DNA of 64,000 nucleotides, from positions 2,016,001 to 2,080,000 of the forward strand of contig CBDBHB010000009.1 of assembly GCA_965205505.1 (NCBI GenBank), written 5' to 3'. Origin of the DNA: Acidobacteriota bacterium. GTDB taxonomy: Bacteria; Acidobacteriota; UBA890; WLXD01. The position numbers were made by a program, and so were the translations under genes. How positions within the stretch are numbered: position 1 is the stretch's first letter; each line of letters opens with the position of its first letter. Positions 1-10,443 of the stretch are shown here, piece after piece. The notes beneath the pieces are model-generated. The model searched no databases. It saw nothing but the letters and a program-made list of their open reading frames with translations, and had not been told where the DNA came from.

Positions 1-128
1 ACGGTGGGGTGCTGCCGTTGCCGTATCTCGACCCCGACGAGTACCTGGTCGAGCTGCAGGTAGTGGATACGACCGCCGATGGCCAGACGGTCCGGCTGAT
101 GCCGCTACGCGTGGTGGAAGGCGAATAG
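1..128 (+). CDS. 3' end of a gene entering from the left edge (hypothetical)
   Basis: Open frame GGVLPLPYLDPDEYLVELQVVDTT...VVEGE ending at TAG 126-128. Confidence 0.5.
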   Translation, partial: GGVLPLPYLDPDEYLVELQVVDTTADGQTVRLMPLRVVEGE

Positions 129-144
129 CCGGGCGAACCGCCGC

Positions 145-1198
145 GTGACTTCGTTGGCAGCGCCGTCAACGCGCGCTGCTCGCTTGGGTTCACTGGATGC
201 CCTGCGCGGCTTCGACATGTTCTGGATCATCGGCGGCGAGGAGATCGTCCACGCGCTCGCCGGGCTCACCGGTTGGTCGCTGGCAGTGTGGGGCTCGACC
301 CAGCTACATCATGTCGAATGGGACGGGTTCGTCTTCTACGACCTGATCTTTCCGCTCTTTCTGTTTGTTGCTGGCGTGGCGATGCCGTTCTCGCTGACCG
401 GGCGTCTGGAGCGCGGCGACGACAAGCGGGCGCTTATCTTCCACGTCGTCCGGCGCGGCCTCCTGTTGGTTGCCCTGGGGATTGTGTAAAATCACGGGCT
501 CTTCCGCGTGAGCGCCGAGCAGATGCGCTACCCCAGTGTGCTGGGGAGGATCGGCTTGGCGTACATGTTCGCTGCCCTCATCGTGTTGAACACTCGCCGG
601 CGCGCGCAGGTCGCTTGGTTCGTGAGCTTGCTTCTCGGCTATTGGGCAGCCATGACGCTGATTCCGGTGCCCGGCCACGGAGCCGGCCAGCTGACGGTGG
701 ACGGGAGCCTCGCAGGCTACCTCGATCGACTACTGATTCCCGGCAGGCTGCACCTGGGCGTCCATGATCCGGAGGGCTTGCTGTCGACGATTCCAGCGAT
801 CTCGACAGCACTGCTCGGGGCCGGTGCTGTGGGCTTGCTGTCCGGGGGGCCTCTGGGATCTGGTCTTTCCGATCAACAAGAACTTGTGGACGAGCTCTTT
901 CGTGGTGTACGCCGGTGGGTGGAGCTTGCTCCTGCTCGCCGCCTTCTATGCGGTGATCGACGTATGGGGCAAAAAGCGGTGGGCGATGTTCTTCGTCGTG
1001 ATCGGTATGAACCCCATCCTCATCTACATGGCCGGGTCGATCGTCGACTTCGGCCACTCGACAGACTTCTTTCTGCAAGGCTTGCTGAGACCGTTCAGCG
1101 AGCCCGCCGGAGCGACCCTTTGGTGGAGCGGCTTCGTGCTCATCGAATGGGGGTTCCTGTACTTTCTCTACCGAAAGCGGGTATTCCTGCGGATCTGA
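145..1198 (+). pseudogene. DUF5009/HGSNAT-like membrane acyltransferase, disrupted
   Basis: RLGSLDALRGFDMFWIIGG, DLIFPLFLF, VLGRIG, DPEGLLST and PINKNLWTSSF motifs. In-frame TAA at 487-489 and a deletion/frameshift near 820-850. Confidence 0.85.
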
Positions 1199-1304
1199 CC
1201 GCCGGGCGGGTCGGGGGCGTGAGGGACCGAAAGCTGTTCGGCTGCGGTAGAATCAGGCGGCGCTCAGGCTGCGGCCCGAGCCTCCTGCGGCGGAGGACAC
1301 CTCC

Positions 1305-2273
1305 ATGAGCTCCATTTTGACGGCGACGCTGGTGCTGGTCATGCTCGCCGCGACGGTCTCTCCGAGTGCCGCGGGAGCGGGTGCGCAAGAGGTCGATGCC
1401 GAGCTACAAGATCAGACGATCCGCAGGGCCCAATGGCACATCGATCACGAAGAAGCGGAGTTTGCTCTGCGATTGCTCGACGGCGCCCTGGAGGAGGATG
1501 GCGGTCTCTGGACGGCACAGTTTCTCAAGGGCATGGCTCTCGGACAGCTCGGAGATGAGCAAGGTGCGCTAGAGGCGTTTCTGGCCGCCGACGATCTCAA
1601 TCCCGGGATAGCCGATGTTTACTTCTGGGCCGGTATAGCGTCCTTTGGCCTGGGTGACTACGACACCTGCTGGGAGCAAACCATCCTTGCCCATCAGGCG
1701 GGCCGGAACATGAGCCTCGAGATCGAACAGCTGAAAGAGGTTGCCGATCCGCCGGGCGACCTGAGGGAACGGCTCAAGGCGCCGCGCGCATTCGTCGCGG
1801 AGATCGATACGTCGGTGCGGGAACATGACACAGGCCTGGACATCGCACTGATGCTCGGTCGGGGAGAGCTGGTGACCGTGCGCCAGCAGCTCGGGCAGGC
1901 GCTCCGGAACTCACCCGGATTCGGCCTGGTGCGCGCCCGAGAGCTGGCGGAATACGTCGTCGAGCTCACCGTCAGCGACTACGGCAATGCCGCCTACGCC
2001 GACTCGGCCAGCAACCCAGGCGATTTGCCAACGGAGGTGGTCGACGTCGAGATGATGTCGCCTTCCGCCAACCCCAACACGCATATGACTGACACCGAAG
2101 AGCCGCTCACGCATGCACTGCAGGGCCATCTCGAGCTGCTGAGGGCAGACACCGGTACAGTCGCGTTTTCGGTTCCGCTGAGCATCGAGGACATCACCTC
2201 GATGGGCGACCTTGGCCGGGAGCTACGGCGCTACGTCGGCTACCTGGAGCGCTGGGCGCGAGAGAACGGCTGA
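1305..2273 (+). CDS. Secreted TPR-repeat protein
   Basis: Signal peptide and TPR-like helices; GGAGG RBS upstream; paralog of 17330-18291. Confidence 0.75.
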   Translation: MSSILTATLVLVMLAATVSPSAAGAGAQEVDAELQDQTIRRAQWHIDHEEAEFALRLLDGALEEDGGLWTAQFLKGMALGQLGDEQGALEAFLAADDLNPGIADVYFWAGIASFGLGDYDTCWEQTILAHQAGRNMSLEIEQLKEVADPPGDLRERLKAPRAFVAEIDTSVREHDTGLDIALMLGRGELVTVRQQLGQALRNSPGFGLVRARELAEYVVELTVSDYGNAAYADSASNPGDLPTEVVDVEMMSPSANPNTHMTDTEEPLTHALQGHLELLRADTGTVAFSVPLSIEDITSMGDLGRELRRYVGYLERWARENG

Positions 2274-2331
2274 GCGGCGCCTTGGACGGCGCCGGAGTGA
2301 GCTCCGACCAAGAAGGTCGGGCCACTAGCGC

Positions 2332-4338
2332 CTACTTCTTGAGCGGAACCGGGTGGACGAAATCCGGCGTGTCGGCGCCGTAGAGGTGCTCGTCGAACCA
2401 GGCGAGCGCGTGCTCGTTGATGGCGCGGCGCATGCGAGGTGTCGAGGGGCCATGGCCCATGCCCTGGTAGACGATCATGCGCGCCTCGACGCCCTTGTCC
2501 AACAACAACTGACGAAACTGGTAGCCGTTGGCGATGGGGACACGATGGTCGTTCTCGCCGTGCTGGATGAGCACCGGCGTCTTCGCCCGATCGATGTAGG
2601 TGACCGGCGAGGTTTTGGCGTAGACGTCGTCGTCAGCCAGCGGCGTCGCTCCGAAGTACTCGGTGGTGAACTGGGTGATATCGGTGTTGTAGTAGTAGGT
2701 GCGCCAGTCGCTGATCCCGGCACCCATGATCGCGGCGGTGCAGATGTCCGAATATGTCGACAACATCGCCGAGATATGCCCGCCCTGGCTCCAGCCCAGA
2801 CACGCTACGCGATCTGGGTCGACAAGGCCCTGCTCGGTCAGCATCTCGACTCCCGCGATGATGTCGCGCGCCGGGCCCACGCCGAGGTTGCGCAGGTTGC
2901 TCATCTGGAAGTCTTCGCCGTAGCCGTCGCTACCGCGATAGTTGGTTTGGAGGACGAGCGCGCCTCCTCCCTGGCTCGCCAGCACGGCTGGCGGGTAGAG
3001 GCTCCGCGGTAGCCCCACGATCCACGGCCGATCAGTTCCCGTCGGCCCGCCGTGGGTCCTCACGTACAGCGGGTAGCGGCGCCCCTCCTGGAAGTCGTGA
3101 GGCTTCGTGAGCACGCCCTCGATCTCCAGTCCGTTGTCCGACTCCCATCGGATGAGCTCTTTGGTGGGCAGCTGCAGCCCGGCGAGCTGCGCGGACATGT
3201 CGGTGAGCTGCCGTTCCCCGCCGCCGATCAGGACGACGATCTCCGAGAGACTCGATCTGCCCGCCCTCAAGCAGGCGACCACACTGGCGTCGCTCGAGAA
3301 CGTGCATCCGCGAGTTGAGTCGATGTCGGACTCGGTGACGGGCTCGGCGCTGCCGGATCCGACGGCCGCACGGTACAGCTGCAAGCTCGTCTGCCAGGCG
3401 CCGGAGAACAGAAGAGCGTCGCCGTCCCAGCGCAGTAGGTTCGGACTGCCCGGAAAGTCGAGGTCGAGGATCCGCTCGTTCTGTCCGTTGGCTTCGACGA
3501 TGGCGATACGGTTGATGTTCGGAAACCCCGGCGCGGTGGTGAAAGCCAGCGCCCGCCCGGATGCGTTCCAGATCGGCGCGGACTTGTCGCCGTGGCTGGT
3601 CGTGAGCTTCTCAGGGGCACCGTCGTTGGCGTCGACGACGTAGATCTGCGATTCCAGTACGTCGACGAGGTAGGGCGTGGGCCAAGCGGTAAACGCCAGC
3701 TTCGACCCGTCTGGCGACCAGTTGTATCCGATGACCGATAATTCGCGTCCGGTGGTCACTTGCCGGGGGGCGCCGTCGGCCCTCATGTCGTCCCTGAGGG
3801 CCATGACCCACAGGTGTTCGTAGGCTCCCTCCTCGCGAAACACTTCGTACTTGCCGTAACGCTCCTCGCGGGCGTCGATGAGCGCTTTGTTCTTGGGTCC
3901 AGCGACGAACGCGAGGGCCGCGCCATCCGGCGAAAAGCGTAGGTTGCTCGCGCCCTCCACGTCGGTGTCGAGCACCATGGGCTCGCCCCCGGTGCGACGC
4001 ATCACGTTGAGCTGGTCGTCGCGCATGAACGCGATCCATGCGCTGTCCGCCGACCACTCGTAGTCGCCAACCGGATCCTCTCCATGGGTGAGCTGTACCG
4101 GTTTGCCACCGCTTACCGGCACCAGCCACAGTTGGCGCATGTCCTTGTCGGCTTCGAAGTCGCTCTCGAAGCCGGCGAATGCCACGTGGCTTCCGTCGGG
4201 CGAGATCTCGGCCGAGGTGATCATTCGAAGCGCCATGATGTCGTCGATGCTCGGCCGCTGCGGCTCCGAGGCGTAGGCGCCCGTCCATCCACCAAGCACC
4301 ACGAGGGCGATCCCGCCCGTGACCACGACTGCTCGCAT
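2332..4338 (-). CDS. S9 family (prolyl oligopeptidase/acylaminoacyl) peptidase
   Basis: Beta-propeller repeats, HGGP, GWSQGG nucleophile, HGENDHRV, GMGHG; ATG at 4338 after GGAGG. Confidence 0.92.
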   Translation of the reverse strand: MRAVVVTGGIALVVLGGWTGAYASEPQRPSIDDIMALRMITSAEISPDGSHVAFAGFESDFEADKDMRQLWLVPVSGGKPVQLTHGEDPVGDYEWSADSAWIAFMRDDQLNVMRRTGGEPMVLDTDVEGASNLRFSPDGAALAFVAGPKNKALIDAREERYGKYEVFREEGAYEHLWVMALRDDMRADGAPRQVTTGRELSVIGYNWSPDGSKLAFTAWPTPYLVDVLESQIYVVDANDGAPEKLTTSHGDKSAPIWNASGRALAFTTAPGFPNINRIAIVEANGQNERILDLDFPGSPNLLRWDGDALLFSGAWQTSLQLYRAAVGSGSAEPVTESDIDSTRGCTFSSDASVVACLRAGRSSLSEIVVLIGGGERQLTDMSAQLAGLQLPTKELIRWESDNGLEIEGVLTKPHDFQEGRRYPLYVRTHGGPTGTDRPWIVGLPRSLYPPAVLASQGGGALVLQTNYRGSDGYGEDFQMSNLRNLGVGPARDIIAGVEMLTEQGLVDPDRVACLGWSQGGHISAMLSTYSDICTAAIMGAGISDWRTYYYNTDITQFTTEYFGATPLADDDVYAKTSPVTYIDRAKTPVLIQHGENDHRVPIANGYQFRQLLLDKGVEARMIVYQGMGHGPSTPRMRRAINEHALAWFDEHLYGADTPDFVHPVPLKK

Positions 4339-4502
4339 GTTTCCTCCTGACGCCCCGACGTGTGACCGCCGCGGCTGAAGTAAGACGCGGCTACAAAGTC
4401 GATGTTTCCGCGGCCCAGGCACCATCCTGGGCAGGCGCGTCGGACGCCGCGCCTGCCAGAAAACCGCAGGGACGACGAGGCTGGAGCCCAAGCGTCCCTT
4501 GC

Positions 4503-5837
4503 TCATGGCTCGGTGATTACCGAACCGCCTTTGATCACCAGCATCACCTCGCGCAGGGTGGAGATGTTGCGCGTGGGGTCGCCAAGCACTGCGACGAGAT
4601 CCGCGAGCATCCCGGCGCGGATGGAGCCGAGATGTTCGTCGAGCTCGAAGACGGCGGCGTTGCCGGCGGTGGCAGCGCGCAGCGCGGCTCTCGGCGTCAT
4701 GCCGTAGTCCACCATCAGCTCGAGCTCACGCACGTTGTCGCCGTGCGGATACACCCCGACGTCACCGCCGAAGCAGATGGACACGCCGGCAGCCATGGCG
4801 GCGGCGAAGCTGTCGCGCTTGCTCCGCACCCGCTCGGGCTCCGGATCTTGTCCCTTCCGCCAGCCGCCGTACTGCAGGATCGCATCGCCGGCGGCGATCG
4901 TCGGGCACAGCGTGACATCGTTGGCAGCCAAGATGGCGAACGTCTCGGCATCGCCGCCGTCGCCGTGCTCGATGGTACGGACACCGGCCAGGGTGGCTCG
5001 GCGCATGCCCTCCGCGGTGGCGGCGTGGGCCACCACCCGACGGCCCGAGCTTTCGGCCACCTCGACAACGAGCTGCAGTTCGCGTTGGGTGAAGGTCGGC
5101 TGCGCCGTGCCGTCCGGGCCCCATCGATAGTCGGCGTAGACTTTGATCCAGTCGGCTCCGCGGCCGATCTGGTCGCGCACCACCCGGATCAGCTCGTCGT
5201 GGCCGTCGGCGATCTCGGCGCCCTTGTGGAAGCGGATCTCGGGGGCGCCACGTGGGTTGTAGCTGCCGGTGGTAACGATCGCTTTGGTCGCCACCAGCAT
5301 GCGCGGCCCGGGTACCACACCTTTGGCGATCGCTTCCTTGAGCCCGGCATCGGCGTCCCCTGCCAGCAGGGTCTTGCGGGCGTGCACAACCGCACGAGCG
5401 GTGCGTTCGGCCAACGATTCACGTAGCACCTGATCGGTGCACGGGGTCTCGTTGTACGGGTGCAGCAGGAGATGCGAGTGGCCCTCGATGAGGCCGGGCA
5501 GCAAGGTCGCGTTCGCGAGGCGCACCACTCTGGCATCGGCGGTTGTCACGATCTCTTCGGCGGGACCCGCCTGGACAATCCGCTCGCTTTCCACCAACAC
5601 CGCCCAGCCCTCGTGGCTCCGCTCGCCGTCGAAGACCCTGTCGGGTACCAACAGCAGCGGGCCCGGCCGCAGTTGGGCAGCTGCCACTGCCGTAGTCATC
5701 AGCGTCAGCGCGGCCATGCTGAGCAGCAGCGCCCGGCGCACGGTTGTCGGGCGCGGTTGGACTCGATCCATGGTGCAGGAGAAAAGAGCTGTCATGGCGG
5801 CGAGCCCCAGAGTCGTCGTGTGCGAGTCGGTCTTCAC
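4503..5837 (-). CDS. Metal-dependent amidohydrolase (Xaa-Pro dipeptidase-like), with apparent short in-frame deletion
   Basis: LPGLIEGHSH, GADWIK, AHA, IEHG, GGDVGV, GMLADLVAV motifs; start position uncertain. Confidence 0.85.
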   Translation of the reverse strand: MKTDSHTTTLGLAAMTALFSCTMDRVQPRPTTVRRALLLSMAALTLMTTAVAAAQLRPGPLLLVPDRVFDGERSHEGWAVLVESERIVQAGPAEEIVTTADARVVRLANATLLPGLIEGHSHLLLHPYNETPCTDQVLRESLAERTARAVVHARKTLLAGDADAGLKEAIAKGVVPGPRMLVATKAIVTTGSYNPRGAPEIRFHKGAEIADGHDELIRVVRDQIGRGADWIKVYADYRWGPDGTAQPTFTQRELQLVVEVAESSGRRVVAHAATAEGMRRATLAGVRTIEHGDGGDAETFAILAANDVTLCPTIAAGDAILQYGGWRKGQDPEPERVRSKRDSFAAAMAAGVSICFGGDVGVYPHGDNVRELELMVDYGMTPRAALRAATAGNAAVFELDEHLGSIRAGMLADLVAVLGDPTRNISTLREVMLVIKGGSVITEP

Positions 5838-5844
5838 AGCATGG

Positions 5845-5887
5845 TGGGTGGCACCTGAAGCCTATCGTCAGAGCGGGCGACCGGCCA
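5845..5887 (-). promoter_or_regulatory. Dispersed promoter-like repeat copy 1
   Basis: TGAAGCCTATCGTCAGAGC at 5856-5874; TAGGCT on the minus strand upstream of the amidohydrolase; -35 part degenerate. Confidence 0.6.
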
Positions 5888-6139
5888 CTCGCCTTCCCGG
5901 GCACCGATCATATTGGCGCACCCCTCGCGGGTTGTGCCATTCGTGAGCTACTTACATCCTGAGCGAACAACGACGTGAGATCGGGTATCCCCGATACGAT
6001 TGGGAGACTCACGTCGAGCACAAAGACCCACCAAGTAGCAGCGGCCAATCGACGAGACGGCCGATCAGGCGGTCCTCGGGGTACGCGGAGACGATCCCCT
6101 GGCAGAGCACCGCGACGGCGACCAGAGAATCACACCGAT

Positions 6140-6386
6140 CCCGTTTGCCGATCGGCTGAGGGCCTTCGGCAAGCCCTTCTGGGCCGGCATCGTCATGGAG
6201 ATGGAGGCGATGAGCGTCCTTCAACGAGCCCTGGACAAGACCCCGGCCGAGGTCACGGACATTCTCTGGCTTACGTATTCTCCCTACCAGGTCGGGTTCC
6301 TGTTTGGCGCCATCGGCATCGCGTCGGCAGTGGCCTTGGCGGTGTTCACTCGCTACGCCCGGAGATGGCCTGATTTCGATGCTTGA
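6140..6386 (+). pseudogene. C-terminal fragment of an MFS/POT-like transporter
   Basis: LWLTYSPYQVGFLFGAIGIASAVALAVF terminal transmembrane helix with no N-terminal part. Confidence 0.4.
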
Positions 6387-6422
6387 GGGCGACACGGAGG
6401 TCGTCCCCGCGCCGCGCCCGCG

Positions 6423-6851
6423 CTACCTGGCGGGTGAGAAATCGGTCGGGTTCATGAACGTCGACTCCACATCCGTCACGATTGGCCCGTCTGCAACCGA
6501 CTCTTCGCGCATCGTCTCCCAGTCGGGATCGTCGAAGAATCCTTGCCACGACTCCGCCGCAGCTTCGCGACTGTCATGCGCGAGCATGTAGATCATCGTG
6601 TTGTCCGAGCCCGGCGCGTCATCCGGCACCCAATAGCCGACGCTGGTCATGCCTTGCTTGTGAAACAGCTCGAGCTCGCCTCCCCCGAAACGTTCAAGCA
6701 ACGCTGGCAGCCGGCCCTCGGCCGTGGTGTAGATGCGGAGCTCGTAGATCTGGTTGCTCTGCGCCGCCACCGTGGTCGCCGCGGTGACCGATATGCCGGC
6801 AAGGAACGCAAGAGCCGCCACCCCAACCACAAGACCGTATTTGCGAATCAT
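6423..6851 (-). CDS. NIPSNAP family protein with signal peptide
   Basis: IYELRIYT, GYW, YMLAHDSREAA, DPDW motifs; ATG at 6851 after AAGGAG. Confidence 0.88.
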   Translation of the reverse strand: MIRKYGLVVGVAALAFLAGISVTAATTVAAQSNQIYELRIYTTAEGRLPALLERFGGGELELFHKQGMTSVGYWVPDDAPGSDNTMIYMLAHDSREAAAESWQGFFDDPDWETMREESVADGPIVTDVESTFMNPTDFSPAR

Positions 6852-6924
6852 GATGTTCTCCTTGTTTGGTATCAGCCGGTTGCTAGAATCGCGCGCGAAT
6901 CCTTGCATCAACAAGAGGTCGCTG

Positions 6925-8079
6925 TCAGAAAGCGCTGAGCCGCTCCACCGTAGTAGCGTCGAGCCGGGTTAGCACGGCGATCAGCAGATCGACCGCCTGA
7001 TCGAAATCGCTACGCTGGATGATGCCGCTGTGCGCGTGTAGGTAGCGGGTGGGTACGGTCATGTTTACGGACGGTCGCCCGGTGTCGTAACGCTGGATCT
7101 CGGCCCCGTCTTCCCCGTACCCGGTCAGCACATCCGCTTGAAGGTCAAGGCCCTCCTCATCGGCAACGCCAAAGAAAAAGTCGCGCAGTTTCTGGTTGGG
7201 GATCATCGAGCTGTCGAGCAGGAAAATGCCGGGACCGGCGCCGAGCCGCTCCTGTGCCTGCTCCGGCCGCGATCCAGGGTAGTCGGCGGCGACCCCTGCC
7301 TCGATCGAGATGCCAAGGTCTGGATCGGCGATCGGCACCGATGTCTGCGCCCCGCGCAGACCGATCTCTTCTTGCACGGTCGCCACCCAGGAAACCCGGT
7401 TGGGCAAGCTGATGCTCCGCTCGGTAACGCGCCGCGCCGCTTCGAGCATCACCGCGAGGCCGACTCGATCATCCCAGGCCTTGGCCGCGTATCGGTCGTT
7501 GGGAAGCACCGCGAACGGGCTCCAAGGCGCGATCGGATCTCCTGGTCGGATTCCCATCGCCGCGACCTCGTCGGCCGATCTGGCTCCCACGTCGAGAAAG
7601 ATCTGCTCGAGAGGCCAGACTTGGCTGCGTTCGCTCTGCGGTGTTACGTGGACCGTCCGCAGGCCGCTTATCGCCAGCACCGGCCCATTGGCGCCGACGA
7701 TCATCCATCGCTGGTCTGGAAGTGCCTGCCGGAGCCAGCCGCCCAGCGTCTTGAACTTGATGAAGCCGTCGGGGCGCACGTGCTGCACCATCAGGCCGAC
7801 TTCGTCCAGGTGCGCGGTTACCATGATGCGCGGCCCCTCAGCAGCACCGGGCAGCGTAGCGATGACGGAGCCGAGCCCGTCGTACTCGATCGCCGCGTTC
7901 AACTCCCCGAACTCGCGCACGACGATCTCTCGCACTGGACCCTCGAATCCCGACGGACCGGGGGCGTTGGTGAGCTCCTCCATCAAGCGCGCGGTGCGGT
8001 CGAGTTGTTGCGCCACACTCGAGGTATCAGCCGAGAGGGCGGAGAGCAGCGCGAAGAGCATGAGCGCGGTCCGGTTCAT
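6925..8079 (-). CDS. M42 family metallo-aminopeptidase
   Basis: GPSGFE, AHLDEVG, KAWDDRVG, QEEIGLRGA, RYLH. Confidence 0.92.
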   Translation of the reverse strand: MNRTALMLFALLSALSADTSSVAQQLDRTARLMEELTNAPGPSGFEGPVREIVVREFGELNAAIEYDGLGSVIATLPGAAEGPRIMVTAHLDEVGLMVQHVRPDGFIKFKTLGGWLRQALPDQRWMIVGANGPVLAISGLRTVHVTPQSERSQVWPLEQIFLDVGARSADEVAAMGIRPGDPIAPWSPFAVLPNDRYAAKAWDDRVGLAVMLEAARRVTERSISLPNRVSWVATVQEEIGLRGAQTSVPIADPDLGISIEAGVAADYPGSRPEQAQERLGAGPGIFLLDSSMIPNQKLRDFFFGVADEEGLDLQADVLTGYGEDGAEIQRYDTGRPSVNMTVPTRYLHAHSGIIQRSDFDQAVDLLIAVLTRLDATTVERLSAF

Positions 8080-8101
8080 GGCGTAATCCCGCCACGGCCC
8101 G

Positions 8102-8941
8102 CTAACGCCGATCATGCATGAACCTGTGAACGGCTTCCCGGATCTGGTCGTCTTCCGCGTTCAACTTCGAGATGAGGCTGAGGTGGTCGCGGTCTGGGAC
8201 CTCAATCACGGCTACCTCGTTGCTCCCCGCGGCGCGCATGGCTTCAGCGAAGCTATCGTTCTGCCGCCTGCGCCATTCGGCGTCGTGATCGGCGTAGATC
8301 AACAGCATGGGCCCTTTTCCGGCGGCAATGTGCGGCGTGACTGACGCGTTCGACCAGGCGGCGGGATCCTCGCCCCAAACGTCCTTCGGCCGGTCTCTAG
8401 CAGTCTCCTCCACATAGAGAAACGGACTGATTGCAATCGTTCCGCGGATCGCGCTCAACTCCAGATGATGTTGGGCTAGATGGGTGGCGTCGAGCGCCAG
8501 GAGGGCGGCGAGGTAAGCACCAGCCGAATGACCAGCAACGTACACGTTGCTCGGATCACCACCGTTGCGATCGATATTCTCCACGACCCAGGCGAACGCA
8601 GCGGCGGCGTCTTGGACATGGGAGGGGTGCGTCACTCGGGGGGAAAGTCGGTAGTTGGCCGATACCACTCCAATTCCAGCCGGAACGAATCGGTCGGCGA
8701 GCGCCTTCCCCTGGCTCTTGTCCCCGGCGCGGAGGGCTCCACCGTGGTAGAAGACGATGACCGGAGCACGGTCGGCACGATTTGGCATATAGACGTCGAG
8801 TAGGTCTCGGTTGTCTTCGTACTCCGCGTCGAGCCGGTAGTCCAAGTCAGTTGTTGCGACAACCTGCGACTCGGCCGGCGCCGGCCCGAGACCGAGAATC
8901 GCGGCGATCAGGCCGGCCAACGGTGCAACCCAAAGAGTCAT
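8102..8941 (-). CDS. Alpha/beta hydrolase (esterase, BD-FAE-like)
   Basis: LDVYMP, HGG, NYRLSP, GHSAG. Confidence 0.9.
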   Translation of the reverse strand: MTLWVAPLAGLIAAILGLGPAPAESQVVATTDLDYRLDAEYEDNRDLLDVYMPNRADRAPVIVFYHGGALRAGDKSQGKALADRFVPAGIGVVSANYRLSPRVTHPSHVQDAAAAFAWVVENIDRNGGDPSNVYVAGHSAGAYLAALLALDATHLAQHHLELSAIRGTIAISPFLYVEETARDRPKDVWGEDPAAWSNASVTPHIAAGKGPMLLIYADHDAEWRRRQNDSFAEAMRAAGSNEVAVIEVPDRDHLSLISKLNAEDDQIREAVHRFMHDRR

Positions 8942-9025
8942 AGTCGTACCTCCGCGGACGATCCAGCTGCGCCATCGAAACGGATGACGGTCAACAACGC
9001 CCGCCTCAGCAACGACAGCGCGTCC

Positions 9026-9060
9026 TGAAGCCTATCGTCAGAGCGTCCTTGGTTCCAAGG
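9026..9060 (-). promoter_or_regulatory. Dispersed promoter-like repeat copy 2
   Basis: Minus strand reads TTGGAA-N18-TAGGCT upstream of the hydrolase gene. Confidence 0.65.
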
Positions 9061-9108
9061 AGGGTGGCTCGCCAGGGTCGCGTGAAGATCCTGCGGGGTT
9101 GTCGCTTG

Positions 9109-10443
9109 TCAGGCCGGCTCGAGGCCACACCACTCGGCGATGAACAGTGCGATCGTGCCGGTGACCCGTTTGACGGACGCCAGGCTGACGCGTTTATCGA
9201 ACGCGTGGATGTTCTCCGAGCGGGGGCCATAGACGAGGCACGGACAATCGTCATAGAGCACGAACACGCGGCCGTCGAGGTAGCCGGGCGTAACGAAGCT
9301 TTGCAGCGATGTTCCGAAGGCTCTGATATGGGCATGCGCCAGCGTCTGTTCCGCGTCGGAGCCCTCATCAAGCACATAGCCCTCGGCGAAGAAGCCGTTG
9401 AACTCGACCTCAGGTGGGTTGTTTGCCAGAAACGGAGTGTCGCGCGCCGCCGCTCCAATAGCGTCTTCGATCTCGCGCGCCGCATCGCGCGGATCGGTAC
9501 CAGGGAAGATCGCTATACGGCAATCAAATGTGCACCACGCTGGCACCGACGATGCCCAATCGCCGCCCCGAATCTTGCCGACGTTGAAGTTGATGGGGTG
9601 ATCGAGATCCGCGAAGTGTTGCTTGCCGATCTTGCGCATGTTCCACGCGATTTCGAGCTTCCTCAATGCCTGGATTAGGTGGAGGGAGGCTTCGATCGCG
9701 TTCGTTCCGGTACCGGCCTCGCGGACGTGGGCCGGTCGGCCTCGAACCGACACCTTGAACCAGATCACGCCGACGTTGGCGCGTACCAGCTTCTCGTCCT
9801 CCGGCTCCGGGATGATCGCAGCATCGGCCCGGTAGCCGCGAACCAGGGCCGACAGCGCGCCATTACCCGTGCACTCTTCTTCCGTAACCGACTGGACATG
9901 GACGGTGGCGGCCGGTTGGTAGCCGAGCGCCCGCAAGGCATCCAGGGCAAAGATGTTGGCCGCCAGCCCCGCTTTCATGTCGGCCCCGCCGCGGCCATAG
10001 AGCCAATCGCCGTCGATCCACGGGTCGAACGGCGGCCTCGTCCACATATCAACAGGTCCTGTGGGGACGACATCGACGTGGCCGTTGAGGATCAGCGAGC
10101 GACCGGTTTCCTCCCGCGGGCGATGTGTGCCCACCACATTGATCGCGTTGTCGTAGTCGACCTTGACCGGTGAGAAGCCAGGATGCTGCGCGATGTCGGC
10201 GACATCGATTGCCCAGCGGTCCATCGTAAGCGCACGCTCCGCCAGCTGCTGGAAGATGAAATCCTGACAGGTGTGCTCGTGGCCGCGCAGCGATGGATGG
10301 CGGATCAGGTCCTGAGTAAAGACGGTTTGTGCCTCGAAGCTGGCCTCGACGGCGGCGAGGATATCGGCGGCGAGCTTGTCGTCGATGGTCGGGGGAGCCA
10401 CTTCGCTCAACTCGGCTCCCAACCCCGTGTGCTCATGCCGCAT
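9109..10443 (-). CDS. ArgE/DapE family M20 deacylase
   Basis: LNGHVDVVP, GRGGADMKAG, EEECTGNG, ENIHAFD. Confidence 0.92.
   Translation of the reverse strand: MRHEHTGLGAELSEVAPPTIDDKLAADILAAVEASFEAQTVFTQDLIRHPSLRGHEHTCQDFIFQQLAERALTMDRWAIDVADIAQHPGFSPVKVDYDNAINVVGTHRPREETGRSLILNGHVDVVPTGPVDMWTRPPFDPWIDGDWLYGRGGADMKAGLAANIFALDALRALGYQPAATVHVQSVTEEECTGNGALSALVRGYRADAAIIPEPEDEKLVRANVGVIWFKVSVRGRPAHVREAGTGTNAIEASLHLIQALRKLEIAWNMRKIGKQHFADLDHPINFNVGKIRGGDWASSVPAWCTFDCRIAIFPGTDPRDAAREIEDAIGAAARDTPFLANNPPEVEFNGFFAEGYVLDEGSDAEQTLAHAHIRAFGTSLQSFVTPGYLDGRVFVLYDDCPCLVYGPRSENIHAFDKRVSLASVKRVTGTIALFIAEWCGLEPA

Noticed and set aside
3009-3018. GTAGCCCCAC inside the S9 peptidase gene
   Set aside because: Partial match to the att-like core within an intact coding sequence; treated as chance
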